Source: a virus
IMG/VR virus record: IMGVR_UViG_3300005590_000001
Span: 64,001 to 128,000 of that record
Direction: 5' to 3' (one strand)
Length of the DNA stretch: 64,000 bases
Every line of letters starts with the position of its first letter. Position 1 is the stretch's first letter. The notes under the pieces were generated by a model, which worked only from the letters and a program-made list of their open reading frames with translations, did not search any database and was not told the DNA's origin. Below, one piece after another: positions 35,737 through 44,949 of this stretch. Position numbers and translations under genes: made by a program.

Positions 35737-36357
35737 ATGGCTATTACAAGTCCAGAAGCAATAAAATTTTCAAATGAACAATTCCGCCCAGCCGCCGATA
35801 GATTGGCGCGTTGCTATTTTAAGGGCGTCGAATTAAGATCACATTGGTTGGCACTTGGTGGTACCAATGATGAAAAATATGCATTACTTCAAGATAAAGT
35901 AGAGCGCGTTGCAACATTATTTTCAGTAACTCGTGAGTTTATTTTCCGTGCTGATCGTATATGGAATTCTGACGCAATGCAGACTCTCATTCCAAATGAT
36001 GCAAATGAAGAATTGTGGGATGATCCAAGTGGTGGTCAACAAGATCCATATCGCCCACCTGTAAATGGTCAGGATTTACGACGCCTCAAGGCAAGGATGG
36101 AAGAGTTTAACAATTGGTTAGATCGTGGTACAGATGCAGATAAGCATTTTGTTAATGACGCATCTGCTATATTGCCAATTACTTATGGATATCTTGATGA
36201 CGTGTTCCGCGTTTCTCAATTTACTTCCAATAACGCTAATGGTAATCAAGCGGGTCGCTTTGCTTCGTTACGATGTGGAGATTTTGAGACTGAATTCACC
36301 GGGGCAAAACTCAATCATGTTCTTACTGTTGCTGTAAATCCTGAAAGGGCTAGATAA
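35737..36357 (+). CDS. hypothetical protein (possible fibre chaperone)
   Basis: Follows the fibre gene; AGGA RBS. Confidence 0.55.
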   Translation: MAITSPEAIKFSNEQFRPAADRLARCYFKGVELRSHWLALGGTNDEKYALLQDKVERVATLFSVTREFIFRADRIWNSDAMQTLIPNDANEELWDDPSGGQQDPYRPPVNGQDLRRLKARMEEFNNWLDRGTDADKHFVNDASAILPITYGYLDDVFRVSQFTSNNANGNQAGRFASLRCGDFETEFTGAKLNHVLTVAVNPERAR

Positions 36358-36359
36358 TT

Positions 36360-38474
36360 ATGGCCAATCCTGTCATTATTTATAATGCTAGTAGTGGAAG
36401 TGACACTGCCGCTTCAGGTGCCGGTCCAGCCACTGCCATAACTGGAAGCGGTGCTGCACACACTAATGGAACTTCTAGTACTACCATTACATTAACAAAT
36501 TCTCCTGACTTATCAGGAGTTGCTGCGGATGACATTCTCTGGCTGAACACGTCCAGCGGTTCTCGGCACCTCACAAAGATCACTGCTGTGGACGACGGAG
36601 CAGACACCGTCACAGTTGAAGATAGCTTCAACATCGGTTCCGGTTCTGCCGTCGACTATGCCATCGGTGGTAAGCGTCAGACGATTCAGAACGACGGATC
36701 AAACCCTGACCTCGAAGACGCGAAAGCAGGGTGGATCTTTGAACTGGAAGCTGGCACGTACAACATCTCGCAAGAGACGGACATATCAGCCGGTGACGAC
36801 ACGACTGGTCCTGTGGTTGTTCGTAATGCAGATGGAGCGGAGCCACTACTTAGAGCAAGCGGCACAACTGACTTACTGAATATCACTGGTGTTGTTGTTC
36901 TTCAGGGTCTTGACATAAAGGGGTCGGCATGGCGGCACGGGGTTGAGTTCAGTTCTGGAAGTGTAGGCAGAATCTATAAGTGCAAATTTCGATGTGCAGG
37001 GAGCCTGAACTTTCCGCTTAAAAACGCTGGCACCAATGCCTCGATGCTGATTGAAGACTGTTACTTCATCGACGAAGGTAGTGGTGCTGCAAGCTCTGGT
37101 TTGTTTGCGTCATCAGCAGCTAGAACAGACTTGGTCTTCCGTCGTTGCTATTTTGAAGATGGACTGTACGCAATTGACGCGGGTGGGGGGACAACTGACA
37201 GGAACTCACTTGTCATTGACCGTTGCATCTTTAACAACCAGACGACTGCCGCTATCAACGCAGATGCAACGTCGTTGTATCTTTGCTCCATCACAAACAA
37301 TGTGTTCTACAGTTCTGCCGCACAGGCTGTCATTCTGACTGGAGCCACGAATGCTGAGCAGTTCATAAATATCTTCGGAAACATCTTCAGTGAAATTGGT
37401 ACATACGGGGTTGACTATACTCCGGGTGCAGACGTTGCTGACGGGACAATCTATAACGACTGGAATGCTTTCTACAATATGACTTCCGGTAACTATACGG
37501 GAGTCAATGCTGGCGACAATGATATCTCTCTGACTACTGATCCCTTTGAGAGTTCAGGTGGTGGAGATTTTCGCCTAAATAATAATGCTGGTGGAGGATT
37601 GTTATGCCGTGGTGTTCTACCTGATGGTCCGCAAACTGGAATAGGTAGTCCCGGAACTCATGGCGACTTGGGTATATATCAACATCAACAAGATTTATTA
37701 GAAGGTGCCGACGTCACTGATAATTTAGTGGGACATTGGGAACCATCGATCGATGACGCTGGCAATGGTACTACAACATTAACTGATGAAACGGGATCAA
37801 ATAATGGTACGCTCACAAATATGGATGCTGGTGCCGATTGGGTCACAGATACTGGAGTTGGTGGTGTTCGGGCGATTGATTTCAACGAGACTGATAGTTT
37901 AGTTGAAATTGGAGATGCTGACGCATTTACTTTCGGAGATGGATCATCAGATAATCCCTTTTCTATCTCTATGTGGGTATATGCCCGTAGTACAACATCA
38001 GGATATCTAATTTCAAAATGGGACAGTACAAACGGAAGAGAATACTTTGTCGGTTTTTCAAGCGGACAATTACTTTTCCGTATTTATGATCACAGTAATG
38101 GAAAGTTTATTGGACGTGGATATGCAAGTTTTCCATCAGATGTTTGGGTTCATGTTTGCGCGTGTTATACCGGAAGTGGATCTGAGGCTGGTGTAGCTAT
38201 TTATATCAACGGGATTGCGGGATCTAATAGTTCGTCTGATGCAGCAAGTTATGTTGCTATGGAAAATGGTACCGCTACACTTTGTATTGGTAACCGAGAA
38301 AATGAAGGAGCGCCATTAGATGGTCTTGTTGATTCGGTTCGTTTATATTCGACAGCTTTATCTGCAGATGAAAGATTTATTTTAGGAGCGTCGAGACCCG
38401 GGAGAGAGTCTCCTACGGTCACAACAACAACATCATTACTACTTCCATATGGTTCTAGGATGAGTATTTTATAG
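36360..38474 (+). CDS. beta-helix + LamG (concanavalin-like) virion protein
   Basis: Central beta-helix repeats; LVGHW...FSISMWV...WVHV...IYING...LDGLVDSVRLYSTALS LamG motif. Confidence 0.8.
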   Translation: MANPVIIYNASSGSDTAASGAGPATAITGSGAAHTNGTSSTTITLTNSPDLSGVAADDILWLNTSSGSRHLTKITAVDDGADTVTVEDSFNIGSGSAVDYAIGGKRQTIQNDGSNPDLEDAKAGWIFELEAGTYNISQETDISAGDDTTGPVVVRNADGAEPLLRASGTTDLLNITGVVVLQGLDIKGSAWRHGVEFSSGSVGRIYKCKFRCAGSLNFPLKNAGTNASMLIEDCYFIDEGSGAASSGLFASSAARTDLVFRRCYFEDGLYAIDAGGGTTDRNSLVIDRCIFNNQTTAAINADATSLYLCSITNNVFYSSAAQAVILTGATNAEQFINIFGNIFSEIGTYGVDYTPGADVADGTIYNDWNAFYNMTSGNYTGVNAGDNDISLTTDPFESSGGGDFRLNNNAGGGLLCRGVLPDGPQTGIGSPGTHGDLGIYQHQQDLLEGADVTDNLVGHWEPSIDDAGNGTTTLTDETGSNNGTLTNMDAGADWVTDTGVGGVRAIDFNETDSLVEIGDADAFTFGDGSSDNPFSISMWVYARSTTSGYLISKWDSTNGREYFVGFSSGQLLFRIYDHSNGKFIGRGYASFPSDVWVHVCACYTGSGSEAGVAIYINGIAGSNSSSDAASYVAMENGTATLCIGNRENEGAPLDGLVDSVRLYSTALSADERFILGASRPGRESPTVTTTTSLLLPYGSRMSIL

Positions 38475-38482
38475 GATTACAA

Positions 38483-39112
38483 ATGGCAATTTACAAAAAT
38501 CAATCAAGTCAAAAACTACCGGTTTATGCTTACAATATAGCGTCTACTGGTGCTGAATCTGGAGACGCTTCGAACATTACAGCGCAAATTAGTATTGACG
38601 GCGGATCTTCTTCTGCTACAAATGATACAAATCCGACTGAGTTGGATGCGGCAAATCATAAAGGCATTTATATTTTTGATTTAACACAAGCAGAAACCAA
38701 CGGCGATTTACTTATCGTTAACGCCAGTTCGAGCACGGCAAATGTAGTTATTGAACCGGTAAGTGTATTTACTGCACCCGGAAGCAATTCTGGATATGAT
38801 GCAAATGTTGTAAGTATCAATGATAATACGGCAGCAGCTGTACGACTGGCTTTATCAGCTGGACAAATTATACCGGGTACTGTTACTGATGTTGGATTCA
38901 CTACTACAACAACTGAGTTTGAAGCTGAAGATATTTCTGAAGCAACTAATGATCATTATAATAATCGTACTGTATTATTCACCACTGGCTCATTGACTGG
39001 TCAAGTTGCTTCCATTAATGATTATTCTTTAGAGGGTGGTTATGGTCATTTTACAACCTCTGCAGTAATGACAGATGTCCCAGCAAGTGGCGATACCTTT
39101 CTATTAATATAA
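38483..39112 (+). CDS. virion structural protein
   Basis: N-terminal half paralogous to 30229; C-terminal DHYN.R..LFTTG.L.GQ...I.DY. Confidence 0.6.
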   Translation: MAIYKNQSSQKLPVYAYNIASTGAESGDASNITAQISIDGGSSSATNDTNPTELDAANHKGIYIFDLTQAETNGDLLIVNASSSTANVVIEPVSVFTAPGSNSGYDANVVSINDNTAAAVRLALSAGQIIPGTVTDVGFTTTTTEFEAEDISEATNDHYNNRTVLFTTGSLTGQVASINDYSLEGGYGHFTTSAVMTDVPASGDTFLLI

Positions 39113-39251
39113 TGTCTATTACACGTCTAGGTTTAACAGGAACTCCAACTACAGCATACCCTGCTGAAACACCAGCATTGGGTAGGCGTAAAATTATGCT
39201 ATATGCTTTTGAATTCCTTATCGGATTTATTTTTTATTCAGGATTACTATA

Positions 39252-39980
39252 ATGTCACTATTTATAAGCGCAGCATTAGATGAAGGTTTAAATTCACCAG
39301 AAGTAAAAGTTTATAACTTCGGCGGCTTGTCTGTGCTTGAAACAACAACTCTTACAGAATACGTTAGCCGTTCTGGATACTATCATGGATCTCTTTCTGG
39401 AGATTATTCTGGATACTATGAAGTCACTATTTGTCTTAGCGGTTCTGTGTATGCTAACAGTTATATTGACGCATATACTGACGCTACCGGAGTTGTTATC
39501 GGCGATCCACGAATTTATGATGATGACATCGCACTAATTAATGGTAGACTTGATGGTGTCCCCACAACTACCACTGTGATTAGCGGATCAGACGTTGCCA
39601 TTACTGGTTTTCCAACATGTTTCATTAAAGGAAACTCATATGTTGATGAACTCAACACGAATATTCAACAGTATGTCTATAGCAATCTTGGTGTAGCAAT
39701 GTCTGGTTTTGGCGTATATTCTTTTGCCACAGCAGATTTAAGTTTTACAGGCACTTCCCAGTCAAACGATTCCGTAGACTTTATGGTACGTTATGTTGAT
39801 CCATCTGGTGCAGATCCTTACTTTAATATAGAATTACCAGCGGCGAGTTCAAGTGATGTGATTATGGGTCTTGAATATAAAGGTGCGTTAGGATTGAGTT
39901 GGAATTCTGGAGATATTTATAAGAAGTTACCAACTGTAGAATTTTACTTTGATGAGGATTGTGTTTGTAATGCAAATTAA
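39252..39980 (+). CDS. virion structural protein
   Basis: Operon position; LTE...RSGYY motif. Confidence 0.55.
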   Translation: MSLFISAALDEGLNSPEVKVYNFGGLSVLETTTLTEYVSRSGYYHGSLSGDYSGYYEVTICLSGSVYANSYIDAYTDATGVVIGDPRIYDDDIALINGRLDGVPTTTTVISGSDVAITGFPTCFIKGNSYVDELNTNIQQYVYSNLGVAMSGFGVYSFATADLSFTGTSQSNDSVDFMVRYVDPSGADPYFNIELPAASSSDVIMGLEYKGALGLSWNSGDIYKKLPTVEFYFDEDCVCNAN

Positions 39981-40458
39981 TTTTGATAAAATAATAGAGC
40001 GTTATAATAATATTGCTGATCAGTTTTTAGATTCAGATGTTATCGGCGTCGATGCTACGTTGTATTATCCGCCAACTTTTGAAGCTTGCGAAAACTGCGA
40101 TGGATCACAATACGGCAATCATTATAAAAGTGGTGGCCCAATACCGTTTAATCATGGTAGTTGCCCAATGTGTGGTGGAACGTGTCAAAAAGAAATAGAG
40201 TTTACAGAAATTATACGTGTACGCGCGTACTCGCCGAATACTACAGATTTTAGTTCTAGATCTTTTAAAAAAATTGGTATTAGTATTGATGTCCCAAATG
40301 CAGAATTATTTACTATTTTCTATTTAGCGGATTCTGACAAAATTAAACTTTGTAACTATGCTAAAATAATGGGTCAGAGATATTCTCCAATTACTTTACC
40401 ACAACCGCATGGATTTGGCAAAGCGAGATATGCTTTTTGTTTTTGGAAGATGGTTTAA
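39970..40458 (+). CDS. head-closure/neck protein with zinc-finger insert
   Basis: CxxC...CPMCGG; synteny. Confidence 0.5.
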   Translation: MQINFDKIIERYNNIADQFLDSDVIGVDATLYYPPTFEACENCDGSQYGNHYKSGGPIPFNHGSCPMCGGTCQKEIEFTEIIRVRAYSPNTTDFSSRSFKKIGISIDVPNAELFTIFYLADSDKIKLCNYAKIMGQRYSPITLPQPHGFGKARYAFCFWKMV

Positions 40459-41075
40459 TGAAACTTATCAAAATAAAAGATAGCGCGCCGAGTATTCAAA
40501 GTAAATTAGAAAATGCTTTTATAAAGAAATATAAAACATCTTTAGGAAAGAATTTTGAAAAACGAGCGGGCGAAATATTAAATAGATTACATGATTTTTT
40601 AGCTGAAAAGTTTCGTGAAACAGATACTTATCGTAGCTTAATTTCTGGTAAGTTAAGAGCCGATTTTGGTTTTAGTGATGAATATTTATCTAGTATAGAT
40701 GAAGCAATTGATTACATGTTGGAATTAGGTATCGAATTTGAAATTAAAAATAAAAAGATAATTCTATTGGTAAACTTTTTACCAAATACAGACAATATTC
40801 ATTATTATAATAGTAACGGAAATAGAATTGATTGGTTAGATTGGTTGCTTTACTCCGGTACGGACGAGGTCGTCTCAAATTACAGAGTAAGCTACAGAGA
40901 GAACAAAGGGCGAAGTCACATGGCAATTATGATAGGCCCAAATGATGAATTTAGTTTCCAAGTTGATCCTGATTTTGCCGGAGTAGAAAATGATAATTGG
41001 ATCAGCAAAACATTAAAAAATAACATTGAACCCATTAAACGTTTCTTAATAAAGGAATTACATAATGTCGCTTAA
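40458..41075 (+). CDS. neck/tail-completion protein
   Basis: Synteny; WLDWLL. Confidence 0.45.
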   Translation: MKLIKIKDSAPSIQSKLENAFIKKYKTSLGKNFEKRAGEILNRLHDFLAEKFRETDTYRSLISGKLRADFGFSDEYLSSIDEAIDYMLELGIEFEIKNKKIILLVNFLPNTDNIHYYNSNGNRIDWLDWLLYSGTDEVVSNYRVSYRENKGRSHMAIMIGPNDEFSFQVDPDFAGVENDNWISKTLKNNIEPIKRFLIKELHNVA

Positions 41076-41937
41076 TAAAGTTAATCAACTCAGTAAAATG
41101 ATGCCCTCTGAGAAATTAAAAATTAATCTTATTTCTCTATTAGATTGGGGTTTCGTTGATAAAGGCGGCTATAATAACGTTGATTTAAACGCCACTGGCT
41201 GTTATGTAGACAATCGATCCGTCTTACATAAAGTTGTAGATCGCGGAAATACTTACTGGCAAGGAATTGAAAATTGGGTTTATGAAAGCGGAATGGAATA
41301 CGGCCCCAGTAATTCGCCGCCGTTAATCTACGTGAATGACACGCTAGATCCAACTGCCACGGTGAACTATAGAGACGGCCGAGTATCTGTTTCTTCTGTA
41401 AGTTCCCCGAGTAGCGTTAAAGCACAATATTCGTATAAGTGGGTCAATTTTACCGCTTCAAGAAATCAGCATAATAGACGTATGGTAGAGTACCGGAAGC
41501 ATTTACAGGAAGATTCTAAATTGAATCCAGAAGTGAGACTCCCTTTACCAACAGTGGCTTTTGATGTGCCGTCCATTAAATTGTCTAAACCATATGGTTT
41601 GGGCTATATGGCCCCGTCGTTTCATTATCATGATATTACGGCCCATGTTTTTGGAGAATCGGCAGAAGAAGTCGTGCGTATCCAAGATATTATAGCTAAA
41701 CAAAAAGGCTTTATTTTTGATACTTTTGATCCACAGCTCGTTAGTGATTCTGGAGATTATCCTCTAAATATGAATGGTACCTTAAATTCGGGTAAAAATC
41801 ATTCTGAATTAGCAGCTTTATATCCGTGGTCACAGATTCAGTTTGAAGAAATTGAGTGTGTTTTTGGGGATTATATCCACCAACATATTTATGAAGGTCG
41901 GATAAAAATACGCACAAAAATTGTAGTTTGTTTCTAA
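41065..41937 (+). CDS. tail terminator-like protein
   Basis: LP.VA motif, immediately upstream of the tail tube gene. Confidence 0.45.
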   Translation: MSLNKVNQLSKMMPSEKLKINLISLLDWGFVDKGGYNNVDLNATGCYVDNRSVLHKVVDRGNTYWQGIENWVYESGMEYGPSNSPPLIYVNDTLDPTATVNYRDGRVSVSSVSSPSSVKAQYSYKWVNFTASRNQHNRRMVEYRKHLQEDSKLNPEVRLPLPTVAFDVPSIKLSKPYGLGYMAPSFHYHDITAHVFGESAEEVVRIQDIIAKQKGFIFDTFDPQLVSDSGDYPLNMNGTLNSGKNHSELAALYPWSQIQFEEIECVFGDYIHQHIYEGRIKIRTKIVVCF

Positions 41938-41985
41938 AATGTGTAATATAATTAGAAGATTCTTTATATAAAGAGGTAAATCAAT

Positions 41986-43062
41986 ATGACTACTAATGTT
42001 AGATTGCATTATCCATCTCAAGCTGCTTACATCAAAGAAGATGGAGCTTCTGGTGCATACACCTATATTCACGGTATGCAATCGGGTAGTGATAATGCTG
42101 ATATTCCAACGGAAAATATTAATACTTGGGGACAGTCTAGCCCTTACGAAATTATTGAAGATACTCCAGAAGTGAGTATTGATTTTGAACGAGTTTTAGA
42201 CGGATGTGCGCCTATTTATCTTTTGGCTAGCCAAGGAGCTGCTTCAGCTACTATTTCTGGTCGAGAAGGTGTTAAATCTGTTGTTGCAATCGGTATGTAT
42301 AACTCCGCAAATAGTTATGCAAATGGATCTACACTGAGAACTGTTGAATTCTCCGGAGTTCAAATTTCTTCTGTGGGTTACACCTTTAATGTTGACGGTG
42401 CATTTACTGAAAACGTTTCTTTTGTTGGAAACGAACGAAGTTTTGCTGAGGGCGGATCAGAACTTTACGGTTCTATTCCTTCCGATCCAACATCTGGTGG
42501 AGCTGATGAACCATGTGCATTAACTGGATGTAGCGGTGGTGTTCAGCTTAAAGAAAATCTGAAATATAATGGTACGTATCCAACTTTACTACCAACAGTA
42601 ATTCCCGGAGTTTCTTCTAGCGGTACGGTAGCAATTGCTGCTGATAACATTCCAACTGTGCCAGTTCAGAGTATTTCGATTTCTGCAGACTTCGGTCGAG
42701 AAACGATCTCTATTCTTGGTGCACGTGGTGCTTATGCTAGAACAGCTACATTCCCGATTGAAGTAACATGTGATATTGAAATTCTGTCTCAAAGTGGAGA
42801 CGGTATTAATATTACAGAACTTGGCGTGTTCGATGGTTGTGACTATGCAAACGCTCCATATCAACGAATTAGAGTTGCCACTGACGGCGGTTTAATCATT
42901 GATCTTGGTAATCGTAATAAACTGACAAGTATTGCTCAGACTCACGGTGATACCGGTGGTGGGAATGCTACTTATACTCTTTCCTTTGTTGGTCAGAGTG
43001 TGATGTCGGTCTTCCATCAACAGGACCCAAGCGCGATTGTGTATTCCGGCTTCTGGCAATAA
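41986..43062 (+). CDS. major tail tube protein
   Basis: Own promoter motif, GAGG RBS and terminator; two pseudo-repeats (G.QS....E.I...G / VQS.S....RE.I..LG). Confidence 0.7.
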   Translation: MTTNVRLHYPSQAAYIKEDGASGAYTYIHGMQSGSDNADIPTENINTWGQSSPYEIIEDTPEVSIDFERVLDGCAPIYLLASQGAASATISGREGVKSVVAIGMYNSANSYANGSTLRTVEFSGVQISSVGYTFNVDGAFTENVSFVGNERSFAEGGSELYGSIPSDPTSGGADEPCALTGCSGGVQLKENLKYNGTYPTLLPTVIPGVSSSGTVAIAADNIPTVPVQSISISADFGRETISILGARGAYARTATFPIEVTCDIEILSQSGDGINITELGVFDGCDYANAPYQRIRVATDGGLIIDLGNRNKLTSIAQTHGDTGGGNATYTLSFVGQSVMSVFHQQDPSAIVYSGFWQ

Positions 43063-43089
43063 TAATCGTCAATTTAGGATTCTTAGGAA

Positions 43090-43127
43090 TGCATCGTGGC
43101 TGCTTTATGTGGTCACGATGTATTTTT
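43090..43127 (+). terminator. intrinsic terminator after the tail tube gene
   Basis: TGCATCGTGGC...GTCACGATGTA-TTTTT. Confidence 0.72.
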
Positions 43128-43135
43128 GTAAAAAG

Positions 43136-43999
43136 ATGCAGGATTTTTTATTATTTAGGATATTATTAGGGAAATTAGAATATAGGAAAACATTTATTAA
43201 AGATCCAACTTTTGAAATTAAGTATAAAGGTAGTCGTAGATACGATAAAGTTTTTAATAAATGTCAAACTCAAGATTTAATCAGCGATCAAGATGTTTAC
43301 ATCCTTTTATGCAAGGATGGTAAGTGGTCTTTGAAGGACCAAAAAGAATTAGATGACTTACCACGAAAAATTGAAAATCAAAAGATAGAATACTTTAATA
43401 GTTATTATAACCCAACATTACGCCGCAATAGTAAATACAAATTAGAAACTTATTATCGGCGTTATGAAGAGTTGAGTTTGATTAGAAATAAATTCTATTA
43501 TATGACGGCCGAGGGTATTGCCAACGGCGCTATGTGGATGGAAATGATCCAATTGATGTATAAGGGTAGCGATATTTATCCTGCTTTAAACTTTTATAGA
43601 GAGCATAATATTTCCGATAAACAAATCCGTGATATAGCTCTATCGGATAATTGGAGTTCTTATACAGCTGCTGGTAAAAATATTTTAGGCAAACCAACCG
43701 TTAAAATGACTGATTATCAAAGATCTTTATTATCTTGGAGTGCAGTATATCGTAACTGCCGTAACAATCCAGATTGTCCACCGGATAATATCTTTCGTGA
43801 TCATGATGCATTTGACGGATGGTTAATTTTAGAATCTAGAAAGAGTAAAGCAGAACGTAGAATGGCTCCATCAAGCAAAGGTATCCGAAGTGATGCTAAA
43901 AATGTTTATACGTTTGTGCAGACTAAAGAAGATGCGGAAGACGTATTGGCACTTAACAGTGGCAATAATTATCATAAAGTTAAACAGATATGCGGATAA
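43136..43999 (+). CDS. putative tail assembly chaperone
   Basis: Between tube and tape measure; start moved downstream of the terminator. Confidence 0.5.
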   Translation: MQDFLLFRILLGKLEYRKTFIKDPTFEIKYKGSRRYDKVFNKCQTQDLISDQDVYILLCKDGKWSLKDQKELDDLPRKIENQKIEYFNSYYNPTLRRNSKYKLETYYRRYEELSLIRNKFYYMTAEGIANGAMWMEMIQLMYKGSDIYPALNFYREHNISDKQIRDIALSDNWSSYTAAGKNILGKPTVKMTDYQRSLLSWSAVYRNCRNNPDCPPDNIFRDHDAFDGWLILESRKSKAERRMAPSSKGIRSDAKNVYTFVQTKEDAEDVLALNSGNNYHKVKQICG

Positions 44000-44220
44000 A
44001 TTTTGTAGATGCGGAGAAAGCTATTAAAACAACTATGGTTGGAGCTTTAACGTTTATTGAAGAACAATTAGGTGATTTATGGGGTCATAAGAAATCTGAA
44101 GATTTTACCCCAGAAGAAGAAGCAAATTATGATAAATTTATGTCAGCGAGAGACAAAATTTTAAACTTAGGTCATGATCAAATTGAAAGATTAAAGTACA
44201 AAGGAAGAAATAAAAGATGA
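43990..44220 (+). CDS. hypothetical protein
   Basis: Coupled to both neighbours. Confidence 0.6.
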   Translation: MRINFVDAEKAIKTTMVGALTFIEEQLGDLWGHKKSEDFTPEEEANYDKFMSARDKILNLGHDQIERLKYKGRNKR

Positions 44221-44939
44221 AAGAATTTACTATTGAGGGAAAGACATACTTTCTTAAGAACCCAACTAACAATTCAGTGTTGGAGTCCGAAGCTAATATG
44301 TATTCCGCGCGCGTATTCGCTAAGTTAGTGAAAGCAAAAGATGATGACGGCGAGCATATGTATATTATGCGATCACAATTAGAAGACTTTTTAAAGTCAG
44401 TTGGTGTTTATAGTCAGGATGAATTAAACTCTATCATGGAGATTAATAAGGAAATTGGCGAACTTGAGGCAAAGATTAAGAACGGCGGTGATCTTAAAGA
44501 AGGAACTGAAGCGGCTATTAAACTTAAAAATCTGCGACTATCTCTTTTGATTCTTTTAACTCGTAAATTCGAATATGATAAATATACGGTAGAGCACAAT
44601 GTTGAGAATGCCAAATTTGATTTTCTCATTACAAAGTGTATTTTAAATGAAGAGAAAAAACCGGTCTTTGAGAGTGTAGACGACTACAAAGAGAATGAAG
44701 AATTGCGAGTTGACATGCGGCCAATGATTGAAGCTTTGGCTGAAATGACAAGTTCATTTGATAGTCAATTTGAAGAAAAGTTGCCGGAAAATCAATTCTT
44801 GAAAAAATATAAATTGTGTGATGACCAATTTAATGTTTTGGAAGAAGATAAAACTGAACAGGCTGAAAATCCTGAATCACCAGTCGGTGAATTTACAGAA
44901 AAGAAAAAACCTGTTAGAAAGCGTACGACTAAAAAGTAG
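44217..44939 (+). CDS. putative tail assembly chaperone
   Basis: Acidic/helical, immediately before the tape measure gene. Confidence 0.5.
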   Translation: MKEFTIEGKTYFLKNPTNNSVLESEANMYSARVFAKLVKAKDDDGEHMYIMRSQLEDFLKSVGVYSQDELNSIMEINKEIGELEAKIKNGGDLKEGTEAAIKLKNLRLSLLILLTRKFEYDKYTVEHNVENAKFDFLITKCILNEEKKPVFESVDDYKENEELRVDMRPMIEALAEMTSSFDSQFEEKLPENQFLKKYKLCDDQFNVLEEDKTEQAENPESPVGEFTEKKKPVRKRTTKK

Positions 44940-44949
44940 GTAAGTAATT

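Noticed and set aside
33695-38474. Diversity-generating retroelement
   Set aside because: No reverse transcriptase and no adenine-specific TR/VR pair seen in the window
43136-44939. Programmed -1 frameshift in the tail chaperones
   Set aside because: No convincing slippery heptamer joining frames was identified; the ORFs have their own coupled starts
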